64,000 nucleotides of DNA from Deltaproteobacteria bacterium (GTDB lineage Bacteria > Desulfobacterota > GWC2-55-46 > DRQE01). How positions within the stretch are numbered: the first letter of the stretch is position 1; each line of letters opens with the position of its first letter. A program made the translations under genes and the position numbers. Positions 11,924 through 21,215 of the stretch are shown piece by piece. The notes beneath the pieces were generated by a model that searched no databases, was not told where the DNA came from, and saw only the letters and a program-made list of their open reading frames with translations. The stretch is taken from contig WGFM01000012.1 of assembly GCA_015492245.1 (NCBI GenBank), positions 126,206 to 190,205 on the forward strand, in the 5' to 3' direction.

Positions 11924-12142
11924 GTGTGTCTTGGTATACCAGCGCTTGTGATAGGGCTTGAGGGGGAAGAGGCCCTCGTTGATGTTGCAGGCGCAAGAAG
12001 AAAGGTCTCAACCGCCCTTGTAGAGGGCATAGAAGAGGGAGACTATGTGATAGTCCATGCAGGCTTTATCATACAGAAGATAGACGCAGACAGGGCAGCT
12101 GAAACGATAAGGATGATAAGAGAGCTCGGCAGAAGACCATGA
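11924..12142 (+). CDS. hypC: hydrogenase assembly chaperone HypC/HupF
   Basis: GTG start giving 'MCLGIPA' (essential Cys2). It is 72 aa and lies between hypF and hypD. Confidence 0.9.
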   Translation: MCLGIPALVIGLEGEEALVDVAGARRKVSTALVEGIEEGDYVIVHAGFIIQKIDADRAAETIRMIRELGRRP

Positions 12143-13233
12143 GATACATAGACGAGTTCAGAGACAGCGCACAGGTAAAGGGCATACTCGATGAGATAGA
12201 ATCCCTGGGGTTGAGGGAAGGGATAAACCTCATGGAGATATGCGGCACCCACACCCACTCCATATCCAGGTATGGAATAAGGGGGGTCATACCCAGGGGG
12301 ATAGGGCTTCTTTCAGGCCCAGGCTGTCCTGTGTGTGTAACCACGGAGGAAGAGATAGATGCCATCATAGGGTTTGCAAGAGAGAACAGGGATGTGGTGA
12401 TAGCCACATTTGGCGATATGCTCAAGGTGCCCGCAAGTGTGGGCTCTCTCGAGGGGGTGAGGGCAGAGGGCTCGGATGTAAGGGTGGTATACTCACCACT
12501 GGATGCGTTGGAGGTGGCCATAGGGGAGCCAGAAAAAGAGGTCATCTTCTGTGCCGTGGGTTTTGAGACCACCGCCCCCACGGTGGGTGCAACGGTGCTC
12601 AAGGCCATGGAGCTTGGGGTGGATAACTTCTCTGTCATCTCTTTACACAGGCTCACTCCACCGGCAATGCGCTCACTCATGGAAGAAGGAGAGGTCAGGA
12701 TAGATGGCTTTATCTGCCCCGGCCATGTAACCGCAATCACAGGCAGTGAGGCCTACAGGTTCCTTGCAGGAGAGTACAACACACCCTGCGTTGTGGCAGG
12801 GTTCGAACCACTGGATGCACTGCTGGCCATATACATGCTCCTTAAGCAGATAAAAGATGGTCGGGCAGAAATAGAGGTCGAGTACTCAAGGGTTGTAACC
12901 CCGAAGGGTAACACAAGGGCAAAAAGGATTATGGAAAGACTCTTCAGGGTTGTGGACACCAGGTGGCGCGGATTCGGCCTCATAGCGGCAAGTGGGCTCA
13001 AGCTAAAAGAGGAGTTCTCTCTATACGATGCAGAAAGAAGGTTCTACATAAGAAGGATGGAGGCTGTGGATAAGGACCAGGGCTGCAGATGCGCAGATGT
13101 AATAAGGGGTATCATAACACCAGAGGAATGTAGCCTCTTTTCCACCCTCTGTAGACCAGAGAGCCCGCTCGGGCCCTGCATGGTATCCACAGAGGGCACC
13201 TGTTCGGCATACTACAGATACGAGAGGAGATAA
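12139..13233 (+). CDS. hypD: hydrogenase formation protein HypD
   Basis: 'YIDEFRD', 'MEICGTHTH', 'GPGCPVCV' and 'GFETTAP' motifs. Confidence 0.95.
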   Translation: MRYIDEFRDSAQVKGILDEIESLGLREGINLMEICGTHTHSISRYGIRGVIPRGIGLLSGPGCPVCVTTEEEIDAIIGFARENRDVVIATFGDMLKVPASVGSLEGVRAEGSDVRVVYSPLDALEVAIGEPEKEVIFCAVGFETTAPTVGATVLKAMELGVDNFSVISLHRLTPPAMRSLMEEGEVRIDGFICPGHVTAITGSEAYRFLAGEYNTPCVVAGFEPLDALLAIYMLLKQIKDGRAEIEVEYSRVVTPKGNTRAKRIMERLFRVVDTRWRGFGLIAASGLKLKEEFSLYDAERRFYIRRMEAVDKDQGCRCADVIRGIITPEECSLFSTLCRPESPLGPCMVSTEGTCSAYYRYERR

Positions 13234-13236
13234 CCC

Positions 13237-14232
13237 ATGAGCCAGAGGATAACCCTTGCCCATGGTGCAGGGGGCACAAGGACAGAGGAACTCGTAAAAG
13301 GGGTCTTCCTCGAGGCCTTTGGCAACCCCATACTGGAGGAACTCTCGGATCAGGCAACGGTAGAGATGGAGGGAAAACGTGTTTCCCTTACCACAGACTC
13401 CTATGTGGTCTCGCCACTTTTTTTCCGGGGTGGTGATATAGGAAAGTTGTCTGTGTACGGCACAGTCAACGACCTCTCTGTTGGTGGGGCAACCCCTGTT
13501 TACATGAGCGCATCATTCATAATAGAGGAGGGCACGGAGCTCTCACTCCTTAAGCGTATTGCAGAGAGCATGAGGGATGCCCTCCGTGAGTGTAACACAA
13601 GGATAGTTACAGCTGACACAAAGGTGGTTGAGCGGGGGAAGGCAGACACCCTCTTTATAAACACCACGGGGGTGGGCCTGGTGGATGACCATGTAGAGCT
13701 GTCTGCCACTAACATAGAGGAGGGCGATGTGGTCATCCTTTCAGGCACCGTTGCAGAGCACGGTGCGGTAATACTTGCAGAAAGGGCAGATATAGACATA
13801 CCCTTCAGGAGCGATTGTGCACCACTCAACGGGCTTACAAGTGTCATGCTCCGTGCAGGGGGTGTCAAGCTCATGCGTGATGTTACAAGGGGTGGGCTTG
13901 CAACCATACTCAATGAGTTTGTGGATGCCTCTGGAAAGGGTATAATCATAGAGGAGGGGCTTGTGCCCATAAGAGAAGATGTGAGGGGGGTATGCGAGAT
14001 ACTCGGGATGGACCCACTCTACCTTGCCTGCGAAGGACGCCTTGTTGCCATAGTAAGCCCTGAAGCTGCGGACAGGGTGCTCCATGCCATGCACTGCCAC
14101 CCCATGGGCAGGGGCGCAGCCGTGGTGGGTAGAATCGTGGCACAGGGAAGAGCCGTGATATTGAGGACAACCATGGGGGTTGAAAGGGTGGTGGGAAAGC
14201 TTTCAGGAGAGAATCTGCCCAGGATATGTTAA
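13237..14232 (+). CDS. hypE: hydrogenase expression/formation protein HypE
   Basis: PurM-like fold, 'ITLAHGAGG', and the C-terminal 'PRIC' thiocarboxamide-carrying Cys motif. Confidence 0.93.
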   Translation: MSQRITLAHGAGGTRTEELVKGVFLEAFGNPILEELSDQATVEMEGKRVSLTTDSYVVSPLFFRGGDIGKLSVYGTVNDLSVGGATPVYMSASFIIEEGTELSLLKRIAESMRDALRECNTRIVTADTKVVERGKADTLFINTTGVGLVDDHVELSATNIEEGDVVILSGTVAEHGAVILAERADIDIPFRSDCAPLNGLTSVMLRAGGVKLMRDVTRGGLATILNEFVDASGKGIIIEEGLVPIREDVRGVCEILGMDPLYLACEGRLVAIVSPEAADRVLHAMHCHPMGRGAAVVGRIVAQGRAVILRTTMGVERVVGKLSGENLPRIC

Positions 14233-15185
14233 TCCATCCTTATAAGAACCTTTAACACACCCTTCTTCTCCGCCTCTTTGAAGGCATCAACGCCCCTTTC
14301 TATGGGGAACACACTGGATACAAGGGGGCCTACCCTCACAAGCCCTGCCGAGAGAAGCCTCAGGGCAGGCACGAAGGGGCCACACCTCGAGCCCACAATC
14401 TTGAGCTCATCCACAACGACCCTGCCCATCTCAATCCCTCCACCTTCCTTCACAGTGGTCTTCACAACAAGGGTGCCCCCGGGTCTCAAGAGGCTGGAAG
14501 AAAAACCCGTGCCAGAGGGTGTGCCTGTTGCATCAACCACCGTGTCGAAGCCACCGATAGAAGAGCTGTCTTCAAGCCTGCGTGTCTCTATGCCCATGCC
14601 GTCCAGTATGGCAAGCTTCTCCCTGTACTTACCCACAACCGTAAGACTGCAGCCTGTAAGCCTTATCACCTGTGCAACAACAAGGCCCAGCCTCCCATCG
14701 CCCACAACACATACCTTTGAGGTTGGCCTTATGTGGCATTGCTCGACTATCTCGAGGGCTGCCGCCACAGGCTCTGTGAAGAGGGCCTCATGGTCCTCAA
14801 GTCCATCGGGTACTGGGTGGAGGTTTTCCTCTGGAAGGGTGAGGTAGTCTGCAAAGGCACCATCCCTTCTGTATATGCCGAGCACCGTTCTATCGGGGCA
14901 GTGCTCTTTTTCTCCTTTAAGACACCACCCACACCTGCCACACCCGGAGTTTATCTCTCCCACCACCCTTCTGCCCACAAGCTCTGGGCTACAGGCCCCT
15001 ATCACAGTGCCCACGAACTCATGGCCAGGGATACCGCTGAAGTCCATGTAGCCACGGGTTATCTCAAGGTCAGTGGCACAGATGCCTGCCATGCTGACCT
15101 TCATGAGTGCCTCTCCCCTTTGTGGGGATGGCTCGGGCAGTCCATCCGTATAGCCCAATGTGCCATCGAAAAGAAGTGCGCGCAT
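14229..15185 (-). CDS. zinc-dependent alcohol/threonine dehydrogenase family oxidoreductase
   Basis: 'GICATD', 'GHEFVG', structural-Zn Cys cluster 'CGRCGWCLKGEKEHC' and Rossmann 'VVGDGRLG'. Confidence 0.8.
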   Translation of the reverse strand: MRALLFDGTLGYTDGLPEPSPQRGEALMKVSMAGICATDLEITRGYMDFSGIPGHEFVGTVIGACSPELVGRRVVGEINSGCGRCGWCLKGEKEHCPDRTVLGIYRRDGAFADYLTLPEENLHPVPDGLEDHEALFTEPVAAALEIVEQCHIRPTSKVCVVGDGRLGLVVAQVIRLTGCSLTVVGKYREKLAILDGMGIETRRLEDSSSIGGFDTVVDATGTPSGTGFSSSLLRPGGTLVVKTTVKEGGGIEMGRVVVDELKIVGSRCGPFVPALRLLSAGLVRVGPLVSSVFPIERGVDAFKEAEKKGVLKVLIRMD

Positions 15186-15258
15186 AAGTTTGTGTTTAAA
15201 TTATCACTGTTTTCTGTTATTATTTCTTGAATCCTATTGTATTACAGGAGAGTTCAGC

Positions 15259-16011
15259 ATGGCAACAAAAAAGCCCCTTATACTGGTATCCAATGACGAT
15301 GGAATAATGTCTGAAGGTCTCAAGGCCCTTGAGACGGCACTGAAGAAGGTTGGCTCCGTGTATGTGGTTGCCCCTGACAGGGAGAGGTCTGCCTCGAGCC
15401 ACTCACTCACCCTCCACAGACCCCTGAGGGTGCAGAGACTGTCTGCCCGCCGCTATGCGGTGGATGGCACACCTACGGATTGTGTAACCCTTGCCATACA
15501 TGGTGGCCTGCTGTCAGGGAGACCGGATGTGGTGGTCTCTGGCATAAACAAGGGAGGCAACCTTGGTGAAGACATATCCTACTCAGGCACCGTATCCGCT
15601 GCCATGGAGGGAACCCTTCTGGGGATACCATCTGTAGCCATATCCCTTGTTGCAAAAAGAAGGTTTGACTTCCGGGAGGCCGCAGCCTTTGGCGTCAAGA
15701 TAGTGGGGCATGTGCTGAAGAAGGGGCTGCCAGCAGATACCCTCGTGAATGTGAATGTTCCTCATGGCAGAATCCGTGGCTACAGGATAACACGGCAGGG
15801 CAAACGCATATTCGGCGGAGATGTGGTGGTGGAGAAGACAGACCCCAGGGGAAAGAAATACTACTGGATAGGGGGAAACATGCTCAGGTGGGAAGGTGGT
15901 GAGGATACAGACTTTGCTGCAATATCCAGGGGTTACATATCCATAACCCCCATACACCTCGATATGACGAACTATTCAGCCATGAGTGAGCTGAGGTTCT
16001 GGAGGTTCTGA
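15259..16011 (+). CDS. surE: 5'/3'-nucleotidase SurE
   Basis: 'ILVSNDDGI', '[10 protein letters not shown]' and 'SGIN.G.N.G.D..YSGTV'. The start is moved to ATG 15259, which follows a Shine-Dalgarno-like 'AGGAGAG'. Confidence 0.9.
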   Translation: MATKKPLILVSNDDGIMSEGLKALETALKKVGSVYVVAPDRERSASSHSLTLHRPLRVQRLSARRYAVDGTPTDCVTLAIHGGLLSGRPDVVVSGINKGGNLGEDISYSGTVSAAMEGTLLGIPSVAISLVAKRRFDFREAAAFGVKIVGHVLKKGLPADTLVNVNVPHGRIRGYRITRQGKRIFGGDVVVEKTDPRGKKYYWIGGNMLRWEGGEDTDFAAISRGYISITPIHLDMTNYSAMSELRFWRF

Positions 16012-16015
16012 CCCT

Positions 16016-16672
16016 ATGAGAGGAAAAGACATATACACACGGGCAAGGAAGACCATGGTGGAGAGCCAGCTCATCCCAAGGGGTATAAGGGACGAAAGGG
16101 TCATCTCTGCCATGCTCAAGGTTCCAAGACACCTGTTTGTGGACGAGGCCCTCATGGCCCAGGCATATAGCGACTACCCCCTGCCCATCGGAGAGGGGCA
16201 GACCATATCCCAGCCCTTCATGGTGGCATTCATGACAGAGGCACTGGGGCTTAGGGGCACAGAGAGGGTGCTCGAGATAGGCACAGGCTCGGGCTACCAG
16301 ACAGCCGTGGTGGCAGAGCTCTCGGGAAGGGTATATTCTATAGAGCGTATACCCTCCATAGCAGACAGGGCGAGAAAGACACTGGATAGCCTTGGCTATC
16401 CCAACATAGTCATAAAGATAGGCGATGGAACTCTTGGGTGGGAGGAAGAGTCCCCATTCGATGCCATACTGGTTACCGCAGGTGCACCCCAGGTGCCCCA
16501 CACCTACATGGAGCAGCTTGCAGAGGGTGGCAGACTCGTAATACCTGTGGGTGGTGAGTTCGTCCAGGAACTTATGAGAATAACGAAGAAGAAGGGAAGA
16601 ATCGAAAGGGAGAGCCTCGGTGGGTGCAGGTTCGTAAAACTTGTAGGCAGATATGGCTGGCAGGAAGACTGA
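16016..16672 (+). CDS. pcm: protein-L-isoaspartate O-methyltransferase
   Basis: 'TISQPFMVA' and '[11 protein letters not shown]' SAM motif. It lies immediately after surE. Confidence 0.92.
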   Translation: MRGKDIYTRARKTMVESQLIPRGIRDERVISAMLKVPRHLFVDEALMAQAYSDYPLPIGEGQTISQPFMVAFMTEALGLRGTERVLEIGTGSGYQTAVVAELSGRVYSIERIPSIADRARKTLDSLGYPNIVIKIGDGTLGWEEESPFDAILVTAGAPQVPHTYMEQLAEGGRLVIPVGGEFVQELMRITKKKGRIERESLGGCRFVKLVGRYGWQED

Positions 16673-16682
16673 AAAAGGATAG

Positions 16683-17261
16683 ATGCTTAAACGCCTGTAT
16701 AACTGGACACTCTCGTGGGCACACACACCCTACGGCTGGCAGGCACTGCTGGTGGTGGCATTCATAGAGGCGAGCTTTTTCCCCATACCACCCGATGTGC
16801 TCCTTGTAGCCCTTGCTGTGGCACTGCCCAGGAAGGCATTCTTCTATGCATGGGTCTCTTCAGTGGGCTCTGTTGCAGGGGGGGTGGCAGGCTATCTGAT
16901 AGGGCTTTACTTCATGGACATGATAGGGCAGATAATAATAGATACATACGGGCTCGAGGCAAGATACCATTACATACAGGACCTTTATAACAGATACGAC
17001 GCATGGGCAGTGGGTATAGCAGGTTTCACACCCATACCCTACAAGCTCTTTACCATAACGGCAGGTGCCTTTCGCATAGACTTTACCGTGTTCCTTATAG
17101 CATCTGCCGTGAGCAGAAGTGCACGGTTCTTCCTGGAGGCACTAATACTCTACAGATATGGCGATGCCATAAGGGAATTCATAGACAGATACTTCAATAT
17201 CATTACTGTGGTCATTGCCACGGTGCTTATGATAATAGTCCTTCTTCTCAAATGGTTGTGA
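16683..17261 (+). CDS. YqaA/DedA-family inner membrane protein
   Basis: Multi-TM protein with 'EASFFPIPPDVLL' and 'IPYKLFTI.AG' motifs typical of YqaA-like SNARE-associated proteins. Confidence 0.65.
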   Translation: MLKRLYNWTLSWAHTPYGWQALLVVAFIEASFFPIPPDVLLVALAVALPRKAFFYAWVSSVGSVAGGVAGYLIGLYFMDMIGQIIIDTYGLEARYHYIQDLYNRYDAWAVGIAGFTPIPYKLFTITAGAFRIDFTVFLIASAVSRSARFFLEALILYRYGDAIREFIDRYFNIITVVIATVLMIIVLLLKWL

Positions 17262-17728
17262 ACCTGAGAGACCTTCCCCTCATAGGGGTTGTAGGAAGCG
17301 GGGATGCCACAACCCGTCTCGAAGAGCTTGCCGAAGAGGTGGGTATGTGGATAGCCCACAGGGGGGCTGTGCTTGTAAATGGTGGGCTCGATGGTGTTAT
17401 GAAGGCATCTGCAAGGGGATGCAAGAGGCGGGGTGGGCTCACCATAGGGTTTCTTCCAGGCACATCCCGTAGAGATGCCAACCCCTATATAGACATTGCC
17501 ATACCCACCGGTATGGGAGACATGCGAAATATACTCATCGTGAGGGCATCAGTGGGGCTTATAGCCGTGGGTGGTGGGTACGGAACACTCTCTGAGATAG
17601 CCATAGCACTGAAGAACGGAAAACCTGTGGTGGGGCTTGATACCTGGAACCTGCCAGATGGTATCGTAAGGGCCAAAGACCCTGAAGAGGCTGTAGATGT
17701 AATACTCAAGACCACAAAAGATGCGTAG
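17252..17728 (+). CDS. TIGR00725-like (LOG/SLOG Rossmann-fold) protein
   Basis: 'IGVVGSG', 'VNGGL.GVM.A...G', 'GG.T.G..P' and 'GGGYGTLSEI' motifs. The track ORF 17003 overlaps yqaA out of context. In-frame ATG 17252 is preferred. Confidence 0.6.
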   Translation: MVVNLRDLPLIGVVGSGDATTRLEELAEEVGMWIAHRGAVLVNGGLDGVMKASARGCKRRGGLTIGFLPGTSRRDANPYIDIAIPTGMGDMRNILIVRASVGLIAVGGGYGTLSEIAIALKNGKPVVGLDTWNLPDGIVRAKDPEEAVDVILKTTKDA

Positions 17729-18398
17729 CCTTAAAGCCATAGCATGTGTGTTGAGCCTTGTAATCTTTCTGGCTGGCTGTGCCCCCAGAAGGGGGGTATA
17801 TCATACCGTAAGGAAAGGGGAGACCCTCTGGAGGATTAGCTACAAATACGGCGTTGATATAGAAGACCTGGCAGAGATAAATAACATAAAAGACCCATCG
17901 CGCATCAAGGCAGGCCAGAGGATATACATACCACGCACAAAAAAGGTCAAAAAGAGCAAGAAAAAATACCATACAAAGAGGATAACTAAAAAGAAGACGG
18001 CACAGAAGAGTCCCGCTGTGGCAAAGAAGGTTGAACTCATCTGGCCTGTTAAGGGTAGGGTCATATCGGGCTATGGAATGCGCGGAGATAGCATGCACAA
18101 GGGTATAGACATAAAGGCAAAGGAAGGCACACCAATCAGGGCTGCAGACCACGGAAAGGTGGTCTACGCAGATGATGGAATGCGTGGCTATGGAAATGTT
18201 ATCATCATAGAACACAGGAACAACCTGTTTACCGTATATGCGCACAACAGGAAGAACCTTGCAAGAAAAGGTGATGAAGTGAAGAAAGGGCAGATAATAG
18301 GCTATGTGGGGAATACAGGTAATGCTACTACTTCACATCTACATTTCGAGGTGAGGGATGGAAGCAAGGCGATAAACCCCCTTTTTTTCTTGCCCTGA
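17721..18398 (+). CDS. nlpD: LysM-domain M23 family peptidase (NlpD-like lipoprotein)
   Basis: Lipobox 'LAGC', LysM 'HTVRKGETLWRISYKYG', a Lys-rich linker, and M23 motifs 'HKGIDI' and 'GNTGNATTSHLHFEV'. Confidence 0.88.
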   Translation: MRSLKAIACVLSLVIFLAGCAPRRGVYHTVRKGETLWRISYKYGVDIEDLAEINNIKDPSRIKAGQRIYIPRTKKVKKSKKKYHTKRITKKKTAQKSPAVAKKVELIWPVKGRVISGYGMRGDSMHKGIDIKAKEGTPIRAADHGKVVYADDGMRGYGNVIIIEHRNNLFTVYAHNRKNLARKGDEVKKGQIIGYVGNTGNATTSHLHFEVRDGSKAINPLFFLP

Positions 18399-18423
18399 AA
18401 GATGTTTTATAGTATATTGAATC

Positions 18424-19392
18424 ATGTTCAAAAAGATTACACCCCCGATCCTCAGCATGGATTCGAAGAGTGAAAAAAAATATAACCCTATGGGTGGTAG
18501 GAAAGAAGAAAACATAGTAGCTGAGGATGGTGGCGTGGAAAAAGAGATCCTCGAGGAGCTTCCTGTCCCTACCGATTCCCTGAAGGCCTACTTCGATAGT
18601 ATAAAAAAATATCCACTTCTTACTGCAGAAGAAGAAAAATTCCTCTCCGAACGGATAGCCAGAGGCGATAGAGAGGCGAGAAAGAGAATGATAGAGAGCA
18701 ACCTTCGGCTTGTGGTGAATATTGCAAAGAGATACATGAACAGGGGACTGCCACTGCAGGACCTGATAGAGGAGGGCAACATAGGGCTTATAAGGTCTGT
18801 GGAGAGGTTCAAGGGATCTAAGGGATGCAAGTTCTCCACATACGCCACATACTGGATAAAGCAGAGTGTGGAAAGGGCCATAATGAACCAGGCACTCGCG
18901 GTAAGACTTCCCATACATGTAACCAACGATATATCCAAGATGAACAGGGTGAGAAGGGAGCTGAAAAAGGCCCTCAAGAGAGAGCCCACCCCGGTGGAGA
19001 TAGCCTCGCGTATGGGAGTGAGCGGCAGATACATAAAGAGGCTTTCCAACATAAGCCATAAGGTGTGCTCAATAGATGCCAGCCTCGGTGGGGATACAGA
19101 CGAGACACTGCTCGACAAACTGGAGGACACAAGATTCCCCGAGCCCATAGAACTTATGAGTGCAGAAATAAGGAGCAAGGAGATAGAAGAGTGGCTCTCT
19201 GTGCTCGATGAGAATGAGCGAAAGATAATAAGGTTGAGATTCGGTCTCGACTGCGAGCCAGAGACCCTCGAGAAGATAGGTAAACGCTTCGGGGTTACAA
19301 GAGAGAGGATACGGCAGATAGAGGCGAGGGCACTGAACAAACTGCGCCAGATAGTCAACAGCAAAAACATAGACTCTCTGGATTCCATCTAA
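18424..19392 (+). CDS. sigma-70 family RNA polymerase sigma factor (RpoS/RpoD-like, group 1/2)
   Basis: Region 2 'DLIEEGNIGLIRSVERF......KFSTYATYWIKQ', region 3, and region 4 'LEKIGKRFGVTRERIRQIEARAL'. Its position after nlpD matches rpoS synteny. The exact start is uncertain. Confidence 0.85.
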   Translation: MFKKITPPILSMDSKSEKKYNPMGGRKEENIVAEDGGVEKEILEELPVPTDSLKAYFDSIKKYPLLTAEEEKFLSERIARGDREARKRMIESNLRLVVNIAKRYMNRGLPLQDLIEEGNIGLIRSVERFKGSKGCKFSTYATYWIKQSVERAIMNQALAVRLPIHVTNDISKMNRVRRELKKALKREPTPVEIASRMGVSGRYIKRLSNISHKVCSIDASLGGDTDETLLDKLEDTRFPEPIELMSAEIRSKEIEEWLSVLDENERKIIRLRFGLDCEPETLEKIGKRFGVTRERIRQIEARALNKLRQIVNSKNIDSLDSI

Positions 19393-19421
19393 ATAAACAA
19401 CACATCGAGAGGTGAACCCCT

Positions 19422-19940
19422 ATGGTTGAGAAACTCAAAAGGGCTATAAGGGATGTGCCCGACTTCCCTAAGAAGGGAATAGTATTCAAGGACATAACCA
19501 CACTCTGCAGAGACCCACACTGTTTCCAGACGATGGTGGACTTTCTGGGACACCGTTATGTGGGAAGGAAGATAGACCTTGTCATAGGCATTGAGGCAAG
19601 GGGATTTGTAGTGGGATCGGCCCTTGCCTACAAGATTGGCGCAGGGGTGGTGCTTGTAAGAAAACCAGGAAAACTGCCCTGGAAGACCAGGAGTGCCTCT
19701 TACACACTCGAGTACGGCGAGGACTCCCTTGAAATCCACGAGGATGCCATAGAGAGGGGACAAAAGGTGCTCATAGCAGATGACCTTCTTGCCACCGGTG
19801 GAACAGCTCGTGCTGTGGTTGACCTCGTGGAAAAGCTCGGTGGAGAGGTGGTGGAATGCGCCTTCGTCATAGAGCTAAAAGACATTGGGGGAAGAGACAG
19901 GTTGTACCCCCACAATGTGTTCTCGCTCATACAGTTCTGA
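19422..19940 (+). CDS. apt: adenine phosphoribosyltransferase
   Basis: '[13 protein letters not shown]', 'IEARGF' and PRPP loop '[14 protein letters not shown]'. Confidence 0.93.
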   Translation: MVEKLKRAIRDVPDFPKKGIVFKDITTLCRDPHCFQTMVDFLGHRYVGRKIDLVIGIEARGFVVGSALAYKIGAGVVLVRKPGKLPWKTRSASYTLEYGEDSLEIHEDAIERGQKVLIADDLLATGGTARAVVDLVEKLGGEVVECAFVIELKDIGGRDRLYPHNVFSLIQF

Positions 19941-19980
19941 TGGCACAGACCACACACGAGGGGGGAGAGGGAGAGTATCT

Positions 19981-20400
19981 TTACTTCTCAAGCTCCTTCT
20001 TGATATTGTCCAGAAGCTCACGGTAGATCGCCTTCACCATACCACCGGATAGGAGAGAGGCCAGTCTGTCTACCAGAGGGTTTCCTATCCTGTAGGTGAG
20101 CTCGAACTCTACAAGAGTGGATTCTCTACCCAGCGGGCTCAACAGGTATCTACCCCTGTTGTATACCCCACGGATCGACTGCCATCCAAAAAGCCTTGGT
20201 CTGTCAAACTCCACCACATCTGCCTCCCACTCAAGGGGTATACCCACAATCTCCACACTCCACAGATAGCGGCGAGGCCCTGTGCTACGAACATCCTTTA
20301 TGACACCAGAGAACCGCCTGAATCCTTCAACATCTGCTATGAGCTCGAATACCTCCTCCCGCGGGGCGTTTATCCTGAGTCTGTAAGATACAGTTCCCAT
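19981..20400 (-). CDS. SRPBCC (START/polyketide cyclase-like) family protein
   Basis: About 140 aa with the layout 'I.AP.E.VF.LI.D.E.F..F......V' typical of SRPBCC/CoxG-like proteins. Confidence 0.5.
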   Translation of the reverse strand: MGTVSYRLRINAPREEVFELIADVEGFRRFSGVIKDVRSTGPRRYLWSVEIVGIPLEWEADVVEFDRPRLFGWQSIRGVYNRGRYLLSPLGRESTLVEFELTYRIGNPLVDRLASLLSGGMVKAIYRELLDNIKKELEK

Positions 20401-20530
20401 AATCTGAAAAGGCTACATCTGGTAATACCACCGTGTCAAGTAAAAAATCTATTTACGCCGCCTAATAGCTTGACCTTTCCTGTGTAAAGTGGTAAAAAGA
20501 TATAAACACAAGGAAAGGAGAGTGAGGGGT

Positions 20531-20680
20531 ATGAGCAACGAATATCAGTGGGGACCACACCTTGGCGCAGTCTCCATGATGGGGCTCGTGGGGCTTGTTG
20601 TAAGTATTGTGCTTCTTTCCGAGTATTTTGACCAGCTCTTCAGGTTCGTAGAGCTTATGATGAAGTCATTGTTCGGCTAA
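20531..20680 (+). CDS. small hypothetical membrane protein
   Basis: ATG 20531 is preceded by 'GGAAAGGAGAG'. It has one hydrophobic helix ('VSMMGLVGLVVSIVLL'). No family was recognised. Confidence 0.3.
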   Translation: MSNEYQWGPHLGAVSMMGLVGLVVSIVLLSEYFDQLFRFVELMMKSLFG

Positions 20681-20693
20681 GGGGCAGATAAAT

Positions 20694-21215
20694 CTATTCC
20701 ATAATGAGGGAGTCCTTTCTCTTATCGAACCTTACGAGCACTATCCCCTGTGGCGGAAAGTTTACCATCTTCTTAAGCAAATAGGGCGGGCTGTTCTTAC
20801 CATCCTTAAGAGTTATCTTCACATTGTGCACACCCTTTTTGAGCAGAAACCTTTCGTATATGTATGAGGCACCGTCTTTTTTCAGTCCTACAGGCTGGTA
20901 TGTCTTCTCAAGCAGAATCTTTCCATCCACCACAAGGCGCAGTTCCACGGGGTATCGTTCTCTTGAGCAGCCTGTCTTCTCAAGGATCCCTATGTCCATC
21001 CTTACACCCTGTGTCTGTCTGTTTTCCCTGCGATACCGCTCGGCCTCTCTGAGGAGAAACCCTGCTTCATCGCACTCTTCGAGCCTTTTGCCCGAGTGCT
21101 TGAAGGCTATCTTGAGCATACTGTCAGAGGGTGCATAAAAGTGAAACTCTGCGGCAGAGAGCATGTATATGAGCACAAAGGGTATGGCAGATACAATGAA
21201 GGCTGCTATACGCAT
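20694..21215 (-). CDS. hypothetical membrane-anchored protein, last gene of the oxidase cluster
   Basis: N-terminal TM helix. The start overlaps the stop of the cytochrome b fusion gene by 10 nt. No motif was recognised. Confidence 0.5.
   Translation of the reverse strand: MRIAAFIVSAIPFVLIYMLSAAEFHFYAPSDSMLKIAFKHSGKRLEECDEAGFLLREAERYRRENRQTQGVRMDIGILEKTGCSRERYPVELRLVVDGKILLEKTYQPVGLKKDGASYIYERFLLKKGVHNVKITLKDGKNSPPYLLKKMVNFPPQGIVLVRFDKRKDSLIME

Noticed and set aside
17003-17251. An N-terminal extension of the TIGR00725-like ORF overlapping yqaA.
   Set aside because: The extension is an out-of-frame read of the yqaA coding region. The conserved domain begins just after in-frame ATG 17252.
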